This document shows, piece after piece, positions 10,153 through 18,604 of a stretch of DNA of 30,232 nucleotides (the stretch's first letter is position 1; every line of letters begins with the position of its first letter). This DNA comes from a virus (Duplodnaviria > Heunggongvirae > Uroviricota > Caudoviricetes), in IMG/VR virus record IMGVR_UViG_2897333091_000004; one strand, given 5' to 3'. The notes beneath the pieces are model-generated. The model ran no database searches, was not told the DNA's origin, and saw only the letters and a program-made list of their open reading frames with translations. Position numbers and translations under genes: made by a program.

Positions 10153-11112
10153 ATGAAAATTTGTATCGACGACGGCTCCACCAACATCAAGCTGGCATGG
10201 ACTGAAAACGGCGAACGCCGCAACGCCATCAGCCCGAACAGCTTCAAGTCGGAATGGTCTGCGCCGTTCGGTGGCTCGCAGCCTGCGAACTACATGCTTG
10301 ATGGCGTGCGCTATGGTTTTGATCCGGTCAGCGATCGCTTTGTCCAGACGACCGACACGCAATACCAGTACAGCGATGTGAATGTCATTGCCATTCATCA
10401 CGCGCTGGTCAAATCAGGCATCACGCCACAGGAGGTGGATGTGGTTGTCACCCTGCCACTGAGCGAGTATTTCGACACAAACGCACAGCCGGACATGGCC
10501 AACATCAACCGCAAAAAAGCGAACGTTATGCGCCCGGTGGAGTACCAGAACGGCGAAGCATTCACTATCCGTAACGTGCGGGTTATGCCTGAATCCATTC
10601 CGGCCGGCTTTAAGGCACTGGCTGACATGAGTCCGTTTGAATCCCTGCTGATTGTGGATTTGGGCGGAACCACGCTGGATGTGGCAAAGGTTCAGGGGCA
10701 ACTGGCAGGTATCAGCCAGGTGTTTTGCGATCCACACGTAGGCGTTTCTCTGATGGCCGATGCCGTACTGTCGGTGATGGCCACTAACGGTATGCGCACC
10801 AGTCACCACATCGCCAATACCATTATCGAACATCGCCATGATGAAGCCTGGCTGCGCCAGCACATCCACAATGACGCACATTACGCCAGCCTGATGGCGG
10901 TTATTCGTGAAAAGGAAGAAACACTGAAACAACGCGTGATCCGCGCGCTGGCGGGTTTTTCGGGTTACGGGCGGGTGATGGTTGTAGGTGGAGGAGCGGA
11001 GATTGTGGCACCCGCTATCCGCGAAGCCTGCGGAGTTAATGCGACTTTCATCGCGGACGGGGTGCCACAGTTTGCTCTGGTTAATGGGCTGTACGCAATG
11101 GACAAGGAGTAA
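10153..11112 (+). CDS. parM: ParM/StbA-type actin-like plasmid segregation ATPase
   Basis: Recalled alignment to plasmid R1 ParM over the whole length: IDDGSTNIKL, ISPNSFK, YSDVNVIAIHHAL, MPESIPAGF, DLGGTTLD, VGGGAE. Confidence 0.85.
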   Translation: MKICIDDGSTNIKLAWTENGERRNAISPNSFKSEWSAPFGGSQPANYMLDGVRYGFDPVSDRFVQTTDTQYQYSDVNVIAIHHALVKSGITPQEVDVVVTLPLSEYFDTNAQPDMANINRKKANVMRPVEYQNGEAFTIRNVRVMPESIPAGFKALADMSPFESLLIVDLGGTTLDVAKVQGQLAGISQVFCDPHVGVSLMADAVLSVMATNGMRTSHHIANTIIEHRHDEAWLRQHIHNDAHYASLMAVIREKEETLKQRVIRALAGFSGYGRVMVVGGGAEIVAPAIREACGVNATFIADGVPQFALVNGLYAMDKE

Positions 11113-11116
11113 ACCA

Positions 11117-11318
11117 ATGACGACACCAACCAGACGGATAAGTTTCTATCTGAAGCCCGCCGCCGTCAAGAACGAAGGCGAAGCATGCGCCTGGCTGGAC
11201 AGCCTTACACCAGAAGCCCGCAAAAGCGGCCAACGCGTGGCTTTTCTGGCCGGGCTGGCACTTCTGAAAATGAATCCGGCAGAGGCTTACCGACTGGCTG
11301 CATGGGCTGATGATGAGG
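11117..11318 (+). CDS. parR: ParR-type centromere-binding adaptor, N-terminal part (cut by the gap)
   Basis: ATG 5 nt after the parM stop. MTTPTRRISFYLKPAAV...LDSLTPEARKSGQRVAFLAGLALL resembles the R1 ParR ribbon-helix-helix N-terminus. Confidence 0.6.
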
Positions 11319-11418
11319 NNNNNNNNNNNNNNNNNNNNNNNNNNNNNNNNNNNNNNNNNNNNNNNNNNNNNNNNNNNNNNNNNNNNNNNNNNNNNNNNNN
11401 NNNNNNNNNNNNNNNNNN
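11319..11418. other. assembly gap (100 N)
   Basis: Run of 100 N. Confidence 1.
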
Positions 11419-11721
11419 GACATAACCGTCTTTGATGGCACCGATATAATCCACTGTAACAGCTGCGCCATTTTCAGTTGAGTAAACGGTCTCATTGCGA
11501 TGGTCTTCTTCATGGCTCCATCCCTTACCCGTAAATACTGCCACTCTTCCCGGAATGTATTCGCCCGGGTCAATACCAGTGGAACAAGCGGGCATACTTA
11601 CGCCAGTATTAATATATTCATCAGACCAGCCCGTATACTCAGATGTTTCAGCATCATAATAAAAACAACGCATATCGCCCGGCACTGTAGCCAGCCCATT
11701 TTCATCAAAAACAGGTTTCAT
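11419..11721 (-). CDS. tail fibre assembly protein (lambda Tfa / Mu U family), N-terminal part; C-terminus lost in the gap
   Basis: MKPVFDENGLATVPGD...IPGRVAVFTGKGWSHEEDHRNETVY matches the conserved N-terminal Tfa region (recalled lambda Tfa motif VAVF...W.LVEDHRGKTVY). Confidence 0.6.
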
Positions 11722-12218
11722 TATTTAGCCCTCACCAGAAAGTTAAATGCAATATTTCGCGGTCTGACAGCAACAAAATTCACACCATCACCCACAGAGT
11801 TACTGGTGAAATTAAATCGTGAAAATCCTGGCTGATTTCCGGCGATGCCATCATGAAAGTTAATTGCGTGTCCTGCACCTCCGCCTATATTCCCGGCAAA
11901 CTGAGAAAAGTTTGTAGCTTCCTGCCAGCTTAATAATTCGCGACCACCATCGGCACCTCGCCCGTCATCCCAGATACGAATGAAATCACCGCGGGCTTCA
12001 GGTAATACCAGTGAAGGAAACACTTTCGCCAGCACAGGGTAATCAGAGGCAGAAAATTTCGCCCCGTTGAACTTCAAAAACACCATACTGGACCAGCTGT
12101 CGATTACAGTATTTGGCATTGCAGCGGACGGCCAGAAGAACGGAACGCCAATAGCTGGAGCACCTTCTCCCAAACCAACGTTTAAGAAAATGCAGAGATT
12201 ACGGCTAACTGGCATCAT
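11721..12218 (-). CDS. tail fibre C-terminal variable domain, probably a silent invertible-segment copy with no start of its own
   Basis: Glycine-rich tail-fibre-like C-terminal sequence directly followed by the tfa gene; its N-terminus runs through the candidate crossover site next to the invertase gene, as in the Mu G or P1 C segment. Confidence 0.5.
   Translation of the reverse strand: MMPVSRNLCIFLNVGLGEGAPAIGVPFFWPSAAMPNTVIDSWSSMVFLKFNGAKFSASDYPVLAKVFPSLVLPEARGDFIRIWDDGRGADGGRELLSWQEATNFSQFAGNIGGGAGHAINFHDGIAGNQPGFSRFNFTSNSVGDGVNFVAVRPRNIAFNFLVRAK
12165..12190. promoter_or_regulatory. candidate Hin/Gin/Pin-family crossover site (gix/hix-like)
   Basis: TTCTCCCAAACCAACGTTTAAGAAAA shares about 17 of 26 positions with the recalled gixL sequence, including the AAACC...GTTT core; located about 55 bp upstream of the invertase start. 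Confidence 0.35.
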
Positions 12219-12245
12219 CCCCGGTTTTTATTCAGGGGATCCATC

Positions 12246-12845
12246 ATGCTTATTGGCTATGTCCGCGTATCAACAAATGACCAGAATACAGAATTGCAGC
12301 GTAACGCGCTGGAGTGCGCAGGATGTGAACTGATTTTTGAAGATAAAATCAGCGGAACGAAATCAGCCAGACCGGGATTGAAAAAACTGCTCAGAACGCT
12401 ATCAGAAGGAGATACGCTGGTTGTCTGGAAGCTGGACAGACTGGGCAGAAGTATGAAACACCTGATCACGCTTATTGAGGAATTGCGGGAAAAAGGTGTT
12501 AATTTCCGTAGTCTAACGGACAGCATTGACACATCAACACCCATGGGGCGTTTCTTTTTTCACGTCATGGGAGCTTTAGCCGAAATGGAACGTGAATTAA
12601 TTGTAGAGCGTACACTGGCCGGGCTGGCAGCAGCACGCGCACAAGGACGCATTGGCGGACGTCGCCCGAAGTTGACAAAAGAACAACACGAGCAAATAGC
12701 GAGGCTGATTAAAAACGGTCATGACAGGAAACAACTGGCGATCATTTACGACATCGGCATATCGACGATTTATCGTTATCACCCTGTAGGCGATATACAG
12801 GCTGAAGAAACAACCAGGCAGACTCAGGAAAATGAAAACCGCTAA
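12246..12845 (+). CDS. pin: serine-recombinase DNA invertase (Pin/Gin/Cin/Hin family)
   Basis: MLIGYVRVSTNDQNTELQ... with the catalytic Ser in the VRVSTNDQ block and a C-terminal HTH; very close to recalled E. coli Pin sequences. Confidence 0.9.
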   Translation: MLIGYVRVSTNDQNTELQRNALECAGCELIFEDKISGTKSARPGLKKLLRTLSEGDTLVVWKLDRLGRSMKHLITLIEELREKGVNFRSLTDSIDTSTPMGRFFFHVMGALAEMERELIVERTLAGLAAARAQGRIGGRRPKLTKEQHEQIARLIKNGHDRKQLAIIYDIGISTIYRYHPVGDIQAEETTRQTQENENR

Positions 12846-12870
12846 TCTGACCATTAGCGGTTTTGCGTTA
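12841..12870. terminator. hairpin terminator between the convergent pin and U genes
   Basis: CCGCTAAT-CTGACC-ATTAGCGG hairpin followed by TTTTGCGTT. Confidence 0.5.
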
Positions 12871-12871
12871 A

Positions 12872-13366
12872 TCAAAACAGCCCTTTAACGGAGCTGGCCG
12901 CGCTGTTAAGGGATGATGTGACCTTATCTTTGAAGCCGGACAGCATATCACTGAACGATGAGGATTGCAGGCGCTCCCGCAAATCCTCATCACAGCGTTC
13001 AAGAGTCAGTGAAAATTCTATCTTTTTCGCCTTACCGTAGCGATCAAACTCGGAACGGGTCGTATTCGTTTCAGTCAGCACATACATGCCGTAAATCTGC
13101 CCGACGCCATCAATCAAAGGCCAGGGTCGTCCTGTATACGCCTGCGTGGTCAGCAGCGACAGCGACACTTCGCCACCTGTAATTTCAGGATAAAGCACAC
13201 CAGAAAGAACGATGCGATCATCACCTGCACCGATATACTGCCAGCTTGCTGAACGGTTAACGCGTTCATTTTTCACATGCCGCCAGCTTTTGTTTTGCTG
13301 TAACTGCTGATGCGGCAATGTGCGCAGCTCAAAAACAAACATGCCGTAGATCATCATCATGGCCAT
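12872..13366 (-). CDS. U: P2 gpU-like tail protein
   Basis: 164 aa beginning MAMMMIYGMFVFELRTLP..., size and N-terminus typical of P2 gpU; directly downstream of the tape measure gene. Confidence 0.75.
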   Translation of the reverse strand: MAMMMIYGMFVFELRTLPHQQLQQNKSWRHVKNERVNRSASWQYIGAGDDRIVLSGVLYPEITGGEVSLSLLTTQAYTGRPWPLIDGVGQIYGMYVLTETNTTRSEFDRYGKAKKIEFSLTLERCDEDLRERLQSSSFSDMLSGFKDKVTSSLNSAASSVKGLF

Positions 13367-13372
13367 GACTCC

Positions 13373-16216
13373 TCAATCTTTATCGTAAAAACTGCCACGC
13401 CCGGCACGGGCGCGCCGTTCCACTTCTGCCCTGACCATTTCACCGACCAGTTTCGCCAGTTCGCGGGGATTCTGCGTAACAACGTTATGCAGATGAACAT
13501 GAATTTCACCACCAAATTCGGAGGCAACAGGCTCCCGGTTACGGGAAGTTACAGGAACTGATGCCACTGGAGATCGTATAGCCTCCGCCACCGGGCGGGA
13601 GCTGGCCGCAACAACAGTGACCAGCGCCGGAGGCAGCGGAGCCGGGACCACGGGTGTGATATTAATTGCGGGGGCAGGCTTACTGACCTGCGCAATCTTC
13701 CGCTCCTGCCACTCCCCACGAACAGCCAGTGCGCGGGGCAGGTTCTTAAAGACAATATCGCCGGGGCCAATGCGTTTTTTCGTCTCATCAACCAGCTTAC
13801 CTGTGTTATCAGCAATTTTGCTGAGTCTGCGTAGCGTCCCGGTATTGCTGTCTGTGAGCGGTTTGTTGTCTTTGGGTTTATCACCTCCGGTGCCATTGCC
13901 ATTTTCCACAGGCTTCGGCGGATTGATTTTCGCCAGGTCCCCCTGAAGCAAGGCAACCTTGTCCTGAAGAATGGCCGCACGCTGTGCGTCTTCGATTTTC
14001 TTGCGCGCCCTTTCCGCTTCATCCGGAAGCACACCGAGTTTTTCAAGTATCCACGCCAGCGTATCCAGTAGCATTTTTGCAGGTGTCAGAACAAGCTGTA
14101 ACGCACCGCCAAGAACGTTACCGAATATCTCGCCAGCACTGGTACATTTATCCAGCGTTTCCTTGCTGGACTCCATCGGTGACAGCAGCGATTTAAACCA
14201 GTTAAACACCTGGCTGATCCCGCTTCCGATTGCGTCAAAAACAGGGCCAAACCGTTCAAAGGTTTCGCGCAACGGGGCCAGTCGCTCCATAATCCCACTG
14301 AACACCCCGGCATAAAACGCCTTGATGGGTTCCCAGTATTTCCAGATGAGAACCGCCGCAGCGACAAACGCTGCAGCAATCAACCCGACCGGACTGAACA
14401 GCGCCCCGATAGCGCCTCCCAGTAAAGAAACGGAACCCGTCACCATTCCCCATAGTGCTGGCAGGACCCTGACAGCATTCATTGATCCGGTCAGGAGAGA
14501 AAAACCAAGACGCAGTTTTGCCAGCGGGCCAGCAAGCACACCAATAGCCAGCGACAACGAGCCAACCGTTGCAGTCATTGCCAGCAACGCACCGCCTGCT
14601 ATCAGTAGCTGGCGCGTCAGTGTCGGATGGGCCTGCGCCAGCGCCGTCACCCTTGATACCACCCGTGTGAGCCACTGCGTGACAGAACGCAGCGGACCGT
14701 CAATCAGATCTGCAATGCGGATGCGCAACCCTTCCCATGCACTGCCGAGTGATTTCAGATCGCCGTCAAGGTTGTTGGCCATAACCTTTGCTGTGCGTTC
14801 AGCCTCACCGCGTGCGCCTTCAAGTTCTTTTCTCAGTTTAGGTAAGGAACCGTCACCCGCTGCATCAACGAGCGCCATAAACGATGTGAAAGCCTCTTCT
14901 CCGGCAATGTCCTTAAAGAACGATACCCGGTCAACTTCCCCGTATTTGCGGGTGGCTTTATAAAGGTCGGCCAGCACATCCTCCATCGGGCGCATTTTGC
15001 CCCCGGCATCCGAGACGGACACGCCCAGCTCTTTCAGAGCTTCTGCCGCCGCCTTTGGCGGTGATGCCAGACGAGCCAGGCTGGCACGCATTGCCGTCCC
15101 GGCATCACTCCCTCTGATACCCATATTCGCCAGCACGCCCGCCATCGCTGCGGCCTGCTCCAGCGATATTCCCAGCTTACCCGCCACCGGACCTGCATAT
15201 TTCATGGTTTCGCCCAGCGCGCGAAGGTCAGTGTTAGTACGGGTAAACGCTGCTGTAAGCGTGTCACCGACCCGGTCCATCTGGTCAGCGGAGAGGCCGA
15301 ACTGCGTCAGGATATTTGAGCCAATATCCGCCGTCTCGCCAAGGTCCATACCGCCAGCCGTTGCCATGCTCAGCACGCCCGGAAGCGCAGCCTGAATGGC
15401 CTGCGGTGTGAAGCCAGCCATTGCAAGAAATGCCTGCCCACTGGCGGCATCGCCTGCGGTGAACTGCGTTTCAGAGCCAAGTTTTAACGCCTGCTCACGC
15501 AGCGCCTTAAACTGCGGGCTGTTTTTGTCGATTCGCGTCAGTGCCTGAACGCGGGACATCTCTTTCCCGAACCCGATCGCAGGCTGCAAAAAACGCCCGG
15601 CAGCATAGCCGCCCGCCGCTGCCGCACCAATTGCCAGTGCACCACCTGTTTTCAGTTTTCCCGCTGTTTCCTGCGCGCGCGAATACCGCTCACGCGCCCG
15701 CGTTACACGCGCAAGCGCCTGCCGTTCGCGTTCAAGCTGGTTGTTGTACTGTTCGGTGCGTCTGATGGCCTGCTGGATGGTGTTATCGCTGCCTGTCAGG
15801 GAAATGCCGTGGCGTTTCAGCTCTCCGCCAAGCTCCCGCATTTTCTGAATTTCCCGTGTGCGCGATTCATTCAGGCGTTCAAGCCGGGTGCTTAACTGCT
15901 GCATCAGCTTTTGTTGTTTTTCGCTGAGCACTGTACCCGTGCGTTGTAACTGATTAAGGGCGTTAAGCTGGCGTCGTGCTTTCACGATGCCCGCATCCGC
16001 TTTACTGACAGCGTCGCGGGCGCGCTCAAATGATCGCGCCTGACGCTCGAGATTTTTGATCGCCCCCTGCGTTCGCTGGATGGAGTCACCAAACTGCCCC
16101 ATCAGGCGGCGTGCGTTTTCGGCAGGTCGGGTCAGCCTGTCAACGGCGCTGAAAGCGACCCGGATATCAAGAGTCTTCATTGTCTGCATTCCCGCTGCGA
16201 AGTGCCGCCCGCTCAC
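13373..16216 (-). CDS. T: tail tape measure protein (P2 gpT-like), GTG start
   Basis: 947-aa protein, coiled-coil rich N-terminus and Gly/Ala-rich hydrophobic central region; sits between E/E' and U. Confidence 0.85.
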   Translation of the reverse strand: MSGRHFAAGMQTMKTLDIRVAFSAVDRLTRPAENARRLMGQFGDSIQRTQGAIKNLERQARSFERARDAVSKADAGIVKARRQLNALNQLQRTGTVLSEKQQKLMQQLSTRLERLNESRTREIQKMRELGGELKRHGISLTGSDNTIQQAIRRTEQYNNQLERERQALARVTRARERYSRAQETAGKLKTGGALAIGAAAAGGYAAGRFLQPAIGFGKEMSRVQALTRIDKNSPQFKALREQALKLGSETQFTAGDAASGQAFLAMAGFTPQAIQAALPGVLSMATAGGMDLGETADIGSNILTQFGLSADQMDRVGDTLTAAFTRTNTDLRALGETMKYAGPVAGKLGISLEQAAAMAGVLANMGIRGSDAGTAMRASLARLASPPKAAAEALKELGVSVSDAGGKMRPMEDVLADLYKATRKYGEVDRVSFFKDIAGEEAFTSFMALVDAAGDGSLPKLRKELEGARGEAERTAKVMANNLDGDLKSLGSAWEGLRIRIADLIDGPLRSVTQWLTRVVSRVTALAQAHPTLTRQLLIAGGALLAMTATVGSLSLAIGVLAGPLAKLRLGFSLLTGSMNAVRVLPALWGMVTGSVSLLGGAIGALFSPVGLIAAAFVAAAVLIWKYWEPIKAFYAGVFSGIMERLAPLRETFERFGPVFDAIGSGISQVFNWFKSLLSPMESSKETLDKCTSAGEIFGNVLGGALQLVLTPAKMLLDTLAWILEKLGVLPDEAERARKKIEDAQRAAILQDKVALLQGDLAKINPPKPVENGNGTGGDKPKDNKPLTDSNTGTLRRLSKIADNTGKLVDETKKRIGPGDIVFKNLPRALAVRGEWQERKIAQVSKPAPAINITPVVPAPLPPALVTVVAASSRPVAEAIRSPVASVPVTSRNREPVASEFGGEIHVHLHNVVTQNPRELAKLVGEMVRAEVERRARAGRGSFYDKD

Positions 16217-16403
16217 GCCAGCTAACCACTTCGCCGGGCGTCATCATGAAGATTTCGGCGGGCGACCAGTTAAAAATAACGGCAATATCTGCCACAAAGT
16301 CTTCTATGTGCTCAAAGCACACAACCGTGATCAGGCTTCCGTCGCCTGTTCGTTCTTCCCGCCAGAGTCCGCACCGCTCAAAAAATTTACGGCAACCACA
16401 CAT
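16167..16403 (-). CDS. E': E' extension ORF (-1 frame), expressed as the E+E' frameshift product
   Basis: ORF in the -1 frame overlapping the 3' end of E and the 5' end of T; the T6G slippery site lies within the overlap. Confidence 0.65.
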   Translation of the reverse strand: MCGCRKFFERCGLWREERTGDGSLITVVCFEHIEDFVADIAVIFNWSPAEIFMMTPGEVVSWRERAALRSGNADNEDS

Positions 16404-16696
16404 AACTGAATAAAGTCACGGGATGCCATTTTTTTGATCGTCACTTCATCCAGTCGCGGTGATGTCACGCGTGACAGCAGCGTAAACATGGATTCCGCTT
16501 TCAGACTCAGCACATCAGACAGCGACAAATCTCGCAGAGATCCAGCCTGCTCAATAGCTCCGGTGATCTCCACATACGTGATTTTTTCGCCGCCTCGCTC
16601 AATTGGTTGGGTAAGTTTTACGCCACGCTCACTGGTTTCTTTCACAGTGTCAGCAACGACCGTGTTTTCGGTATCGATGTTTTTCGTCTCTTTCAT
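16331..16696 (-). CDS. E: tail assembly chaperone gpE
   Basis: Small acidic protein between the tail tube and tape measure genes; overlaps the -1 frame E' ORF. Confidence 0.75.
   Translation of the reverse strand: MKETKNIDTENTVVADTVKETSERGVKLTQPIERGGEKITYVEITGAIEQAGSLRDLSLSDVLSLKAESMFTLLSRVTSPRLDEVTIKKMASRDFIQLCVVAVNFLSGADSGGKNEQATEA
16379..16385 (-). promoter_or_regulatory. programmed -1 ribosomal frameshift slippery heptamer (UUUUUUG)
   Basis: The mRNA reads AAU-UUU-UUG in the E frame and AAA-UUU-UUU-GAG in the E' frame. T6G is the slippery site described for P2 E/E+E'. Confidence 0.6.
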
Positions 16697-16750
16697 CAGG
16701 AAACTCCTTTCAGTCAGAGGCGACGCACTGCGCCGCCTGCATATTACTTA

Positions 16751-17263
16751 TCAGCCAAGCCCGAGCGCGGAACGGATGCGATCGGGCACAATGTCCTTGC
16801 CGTCCTTCCGGTAAATGAAGTTCAGCAGGTCAATCTCCCACAACGGGCGATCGTTAACACTCAGCTTGTAGTAGGTGTTTTTAATGGCGTAAGTGTGTGA
16901 TGTGGCTTCGCCCTGTTTGGCTTCCCCCATATCAATTTCCGTCACACGTCCGCGCATTTCGACTTCATACAAGTCGCTTTCTGCATCGGTGTAGTATTCA
17001 CCCGCAAAACGCAGCAGCGTGCCGTCAATCGTGCCGCCATACTTAAGGAACAGCTCACGAACTGCGCCCCCCATGACAAAGCTCGCATCAAGCGCGGAGT
17101 CGTCCAGGCCGAGATCAATACTTACCGCCCCCATCATGCCACCACCCCGGTAGCTGTCGGTTTTGCGCGTCAGCTTAGGCAAAGTGACGGACGTCACCTT
17201 ACCCACTTCGTTTTCACCATCCACAAACAGCGTAAAAAAGCGAAGATGTTTTGGCACAGCCAT
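16751..17263 (-). CDS. FII: major tail tube protein (P2 gpFII-like)
   Basis: 170-aa protein immediately downstream of the sheath gene; conserved FETUD order. Confidence 0.8.
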   Translation of the reverse strand: MAVPKHLRFFTLFVDGENEVGKVTSVTLPKLTRKTDSYRGGGMMGAVSIDLGLDDSALDASFVMGGAVRELFLKYGGTIDGTLLRFAGEYYTDAESDLYEVEMRGRVTEIDMGEAKQGEATSHTYAIKNTYYKLSVNDRPLWEIDLLNFIYRKDGKDIVPDRIRSALGLG

Positions 17264-18447
17264 CAGGCACCTCCCAGCACCGCAAATGCGGGTTCAAAGT
17301 ATTCATCAGTAAACGTCTGGTAAAGCTCCATGTCTTCCAGTGGCGGAACGGGCGTATATTTGTAGCGAATGCGCACACGCCCCTGACGTAAATCCGTGGT
17401 GCTGTTATCCACCACGTCATACCAGCACTCCGCACCAATCAGTTTCCCGGCAGTAACCAGTGAATCCAGTTTTGCCCTGATGGCACTGATAACATCCTTC
17501 ACGTTCGCAGGCGTCAGTGGACTGTCGATGGTTTCAAACTGCGCTTCCGCAATTGAATCAGCCAGCACCTGTGCGGTTCGGGTATACACCTCAAAGATGT
17601 AGGCGTTCGTTTCCGGTGTGCGGTTGCCCCAGAAGCGGAACCCGTTGCGACGAATAATGGTCGTGATTTCTTTGTTGTTGAGGCTGTTGGCATCACTGTC
17701 TTCGGCCTGCAACGACCAGAACACATGCCTGGACATCCCCAGCACATTTTTAACCGGAACGTTGGACAGCGATTTGTGCCAGCCCTGCTCATGGTCAATG
17801 TACGCACGAAGGCCGCACGCATAGGCAGGCGCGGGGAACGTTTCGTTTTCGCCACTTTTCGGGTTGTAGGCGATGAAGTCCGGCCATAAGAGCATCACTT
17901 CACGTTCGTTGAATTTCTGGCGGTAGGTAATCGCTTCAGCCATCGTGTTACAGCCGTGACATGAGGCATACACAAATGCGCGCAGTTTACCCGCAATCAC
18001 GCACAGGGATTTTGTCACCGCCTCCGTGTCCAGCTCCGGCGCGGCCAGAATACGCGGACGGTATCCGATGCTTTCATCCTGCTCTGCAACAAGCAGCGCA
18101 TACATCCCCGTATAGCTGCCGTCATCCTCAGAACCACCGATAACCAGTTGATCCTGCGTCTTTTCGTCTTCTTCTTTGTGTTCAGCCACGCGAACGACGA
18201 TCACCTTTGTGCTCACCTGGTCTGCGATGGCCTTAAGCGCACGATAAAGCGTCCCCGTTGTTCCGCATTTTCCCAGCACGTCATTGACGCGGGTCAGCAG
18301 TGTGGGCTTGTTCAGCGGGAACAGCTTCGCGTCCGCATCATCCGCCGTTGCCACGATACCGATAACGCTGGAATCAACATCGTTAATCGCTGTTACCAGG
18401 TCGGTATTTTCCGTAACACGGGCACCATGAAAACGAGTTTCACTCAT
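17263..18447 (-). CDS. FI: contractile tail sheath protein (P2 gpFI-like)
   Basis: 394-aa protein (MSETRFHGARVTENTDLV...), size and position typical of myovirus sheath proteins. Confidence 0.85.
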   Translation of the reverse strand: MSETRFHGARVTENTDLVTAINDVDSSVIGIVATADDADAKLFPLNKPTLLTRVNDVLGKCGTTGTLYRALKAIADQVSTKVIVVRVAEHKEEDEKTQDQLVIGGSEDDGSYTGMYALLVAEQDESIGYRPRILAAPELDTEAVTKSLCVIAGKLRAFVYASCHGCNTMAEAITYRQKFNEREVMLLWPDFIAYNPKSGENETFPAPAYACGLRAYIDHEQGWHKSLSNVPVKNVLGMSRHVFWSLQAEDSDANSLNNKEITTIIRRNGFRFWGNRTPETNAYIFEVYTRTAQVLADSIAEAQFETIDSPLTPANVKDVISAIRAKLDSLVTAGKLIGAECWYDVVDNSTTDLRQGRVRIRYKYTPVPPLEDMELYQTFTDEYFEPAFAVLGGA

Positions 18448-18604
18448 AGCTTCAGCCCCTTGTATCCGTTAAATGATTCGGCAACAATCATCACCCACCA
18501 CGCGCGTAATCTCACCCCTGCGCCGTTCTCCCGCCACGGCGACAACAAAAAGCAGTAACCCCCTCCGCACGCACATGCGACCATGCCACACAGGGAGGGA
18601 GCAG

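Noticed and set aside
10414-10932. 172-aa ORF antisense to parM (and the 91-aa ORF at 10398-10673)
   Set aside because: Entirely inside the strongly supported parM gene on the opposite strand; no independent support.
13549-15395. Several long ORFs antisense to or out of frame within the tape measure gene (13549-14046, 13617-13946, 13971-14315, 14256-14675, 14322-14963, 14997-15395)
   Set aside because: GC-rich, repetitive coding sequence gives long spurious frames; no RBS or start context, and they overlap a well-supported gene.
18526-18532. TTCTCCC heptamer in the FI/D intergenic region matching the left arm of the candidate gix-like site at 12165
   Set aside because: A 7-mer is expected several times by chance in 30 kb; insufficient to call a recombination half-site.
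18148-18558. 136-aa plus-strand ORF spanning the FI start and the FI/D intergenic region, and the track extension of D back to 18473
   Set aside because: Overlaps the sheath gene in antisense; the D start at 18605 has a strong GGAGGG SD, so the upstream extension is unlikely to be translated.
18448-18604. P2-type late promoter (TGT-N12-ACA dyad) upstream of FI or D
   Set aside because: I could not find a convincing dyad with the correct spacing by inspection, so no promoter is called here.
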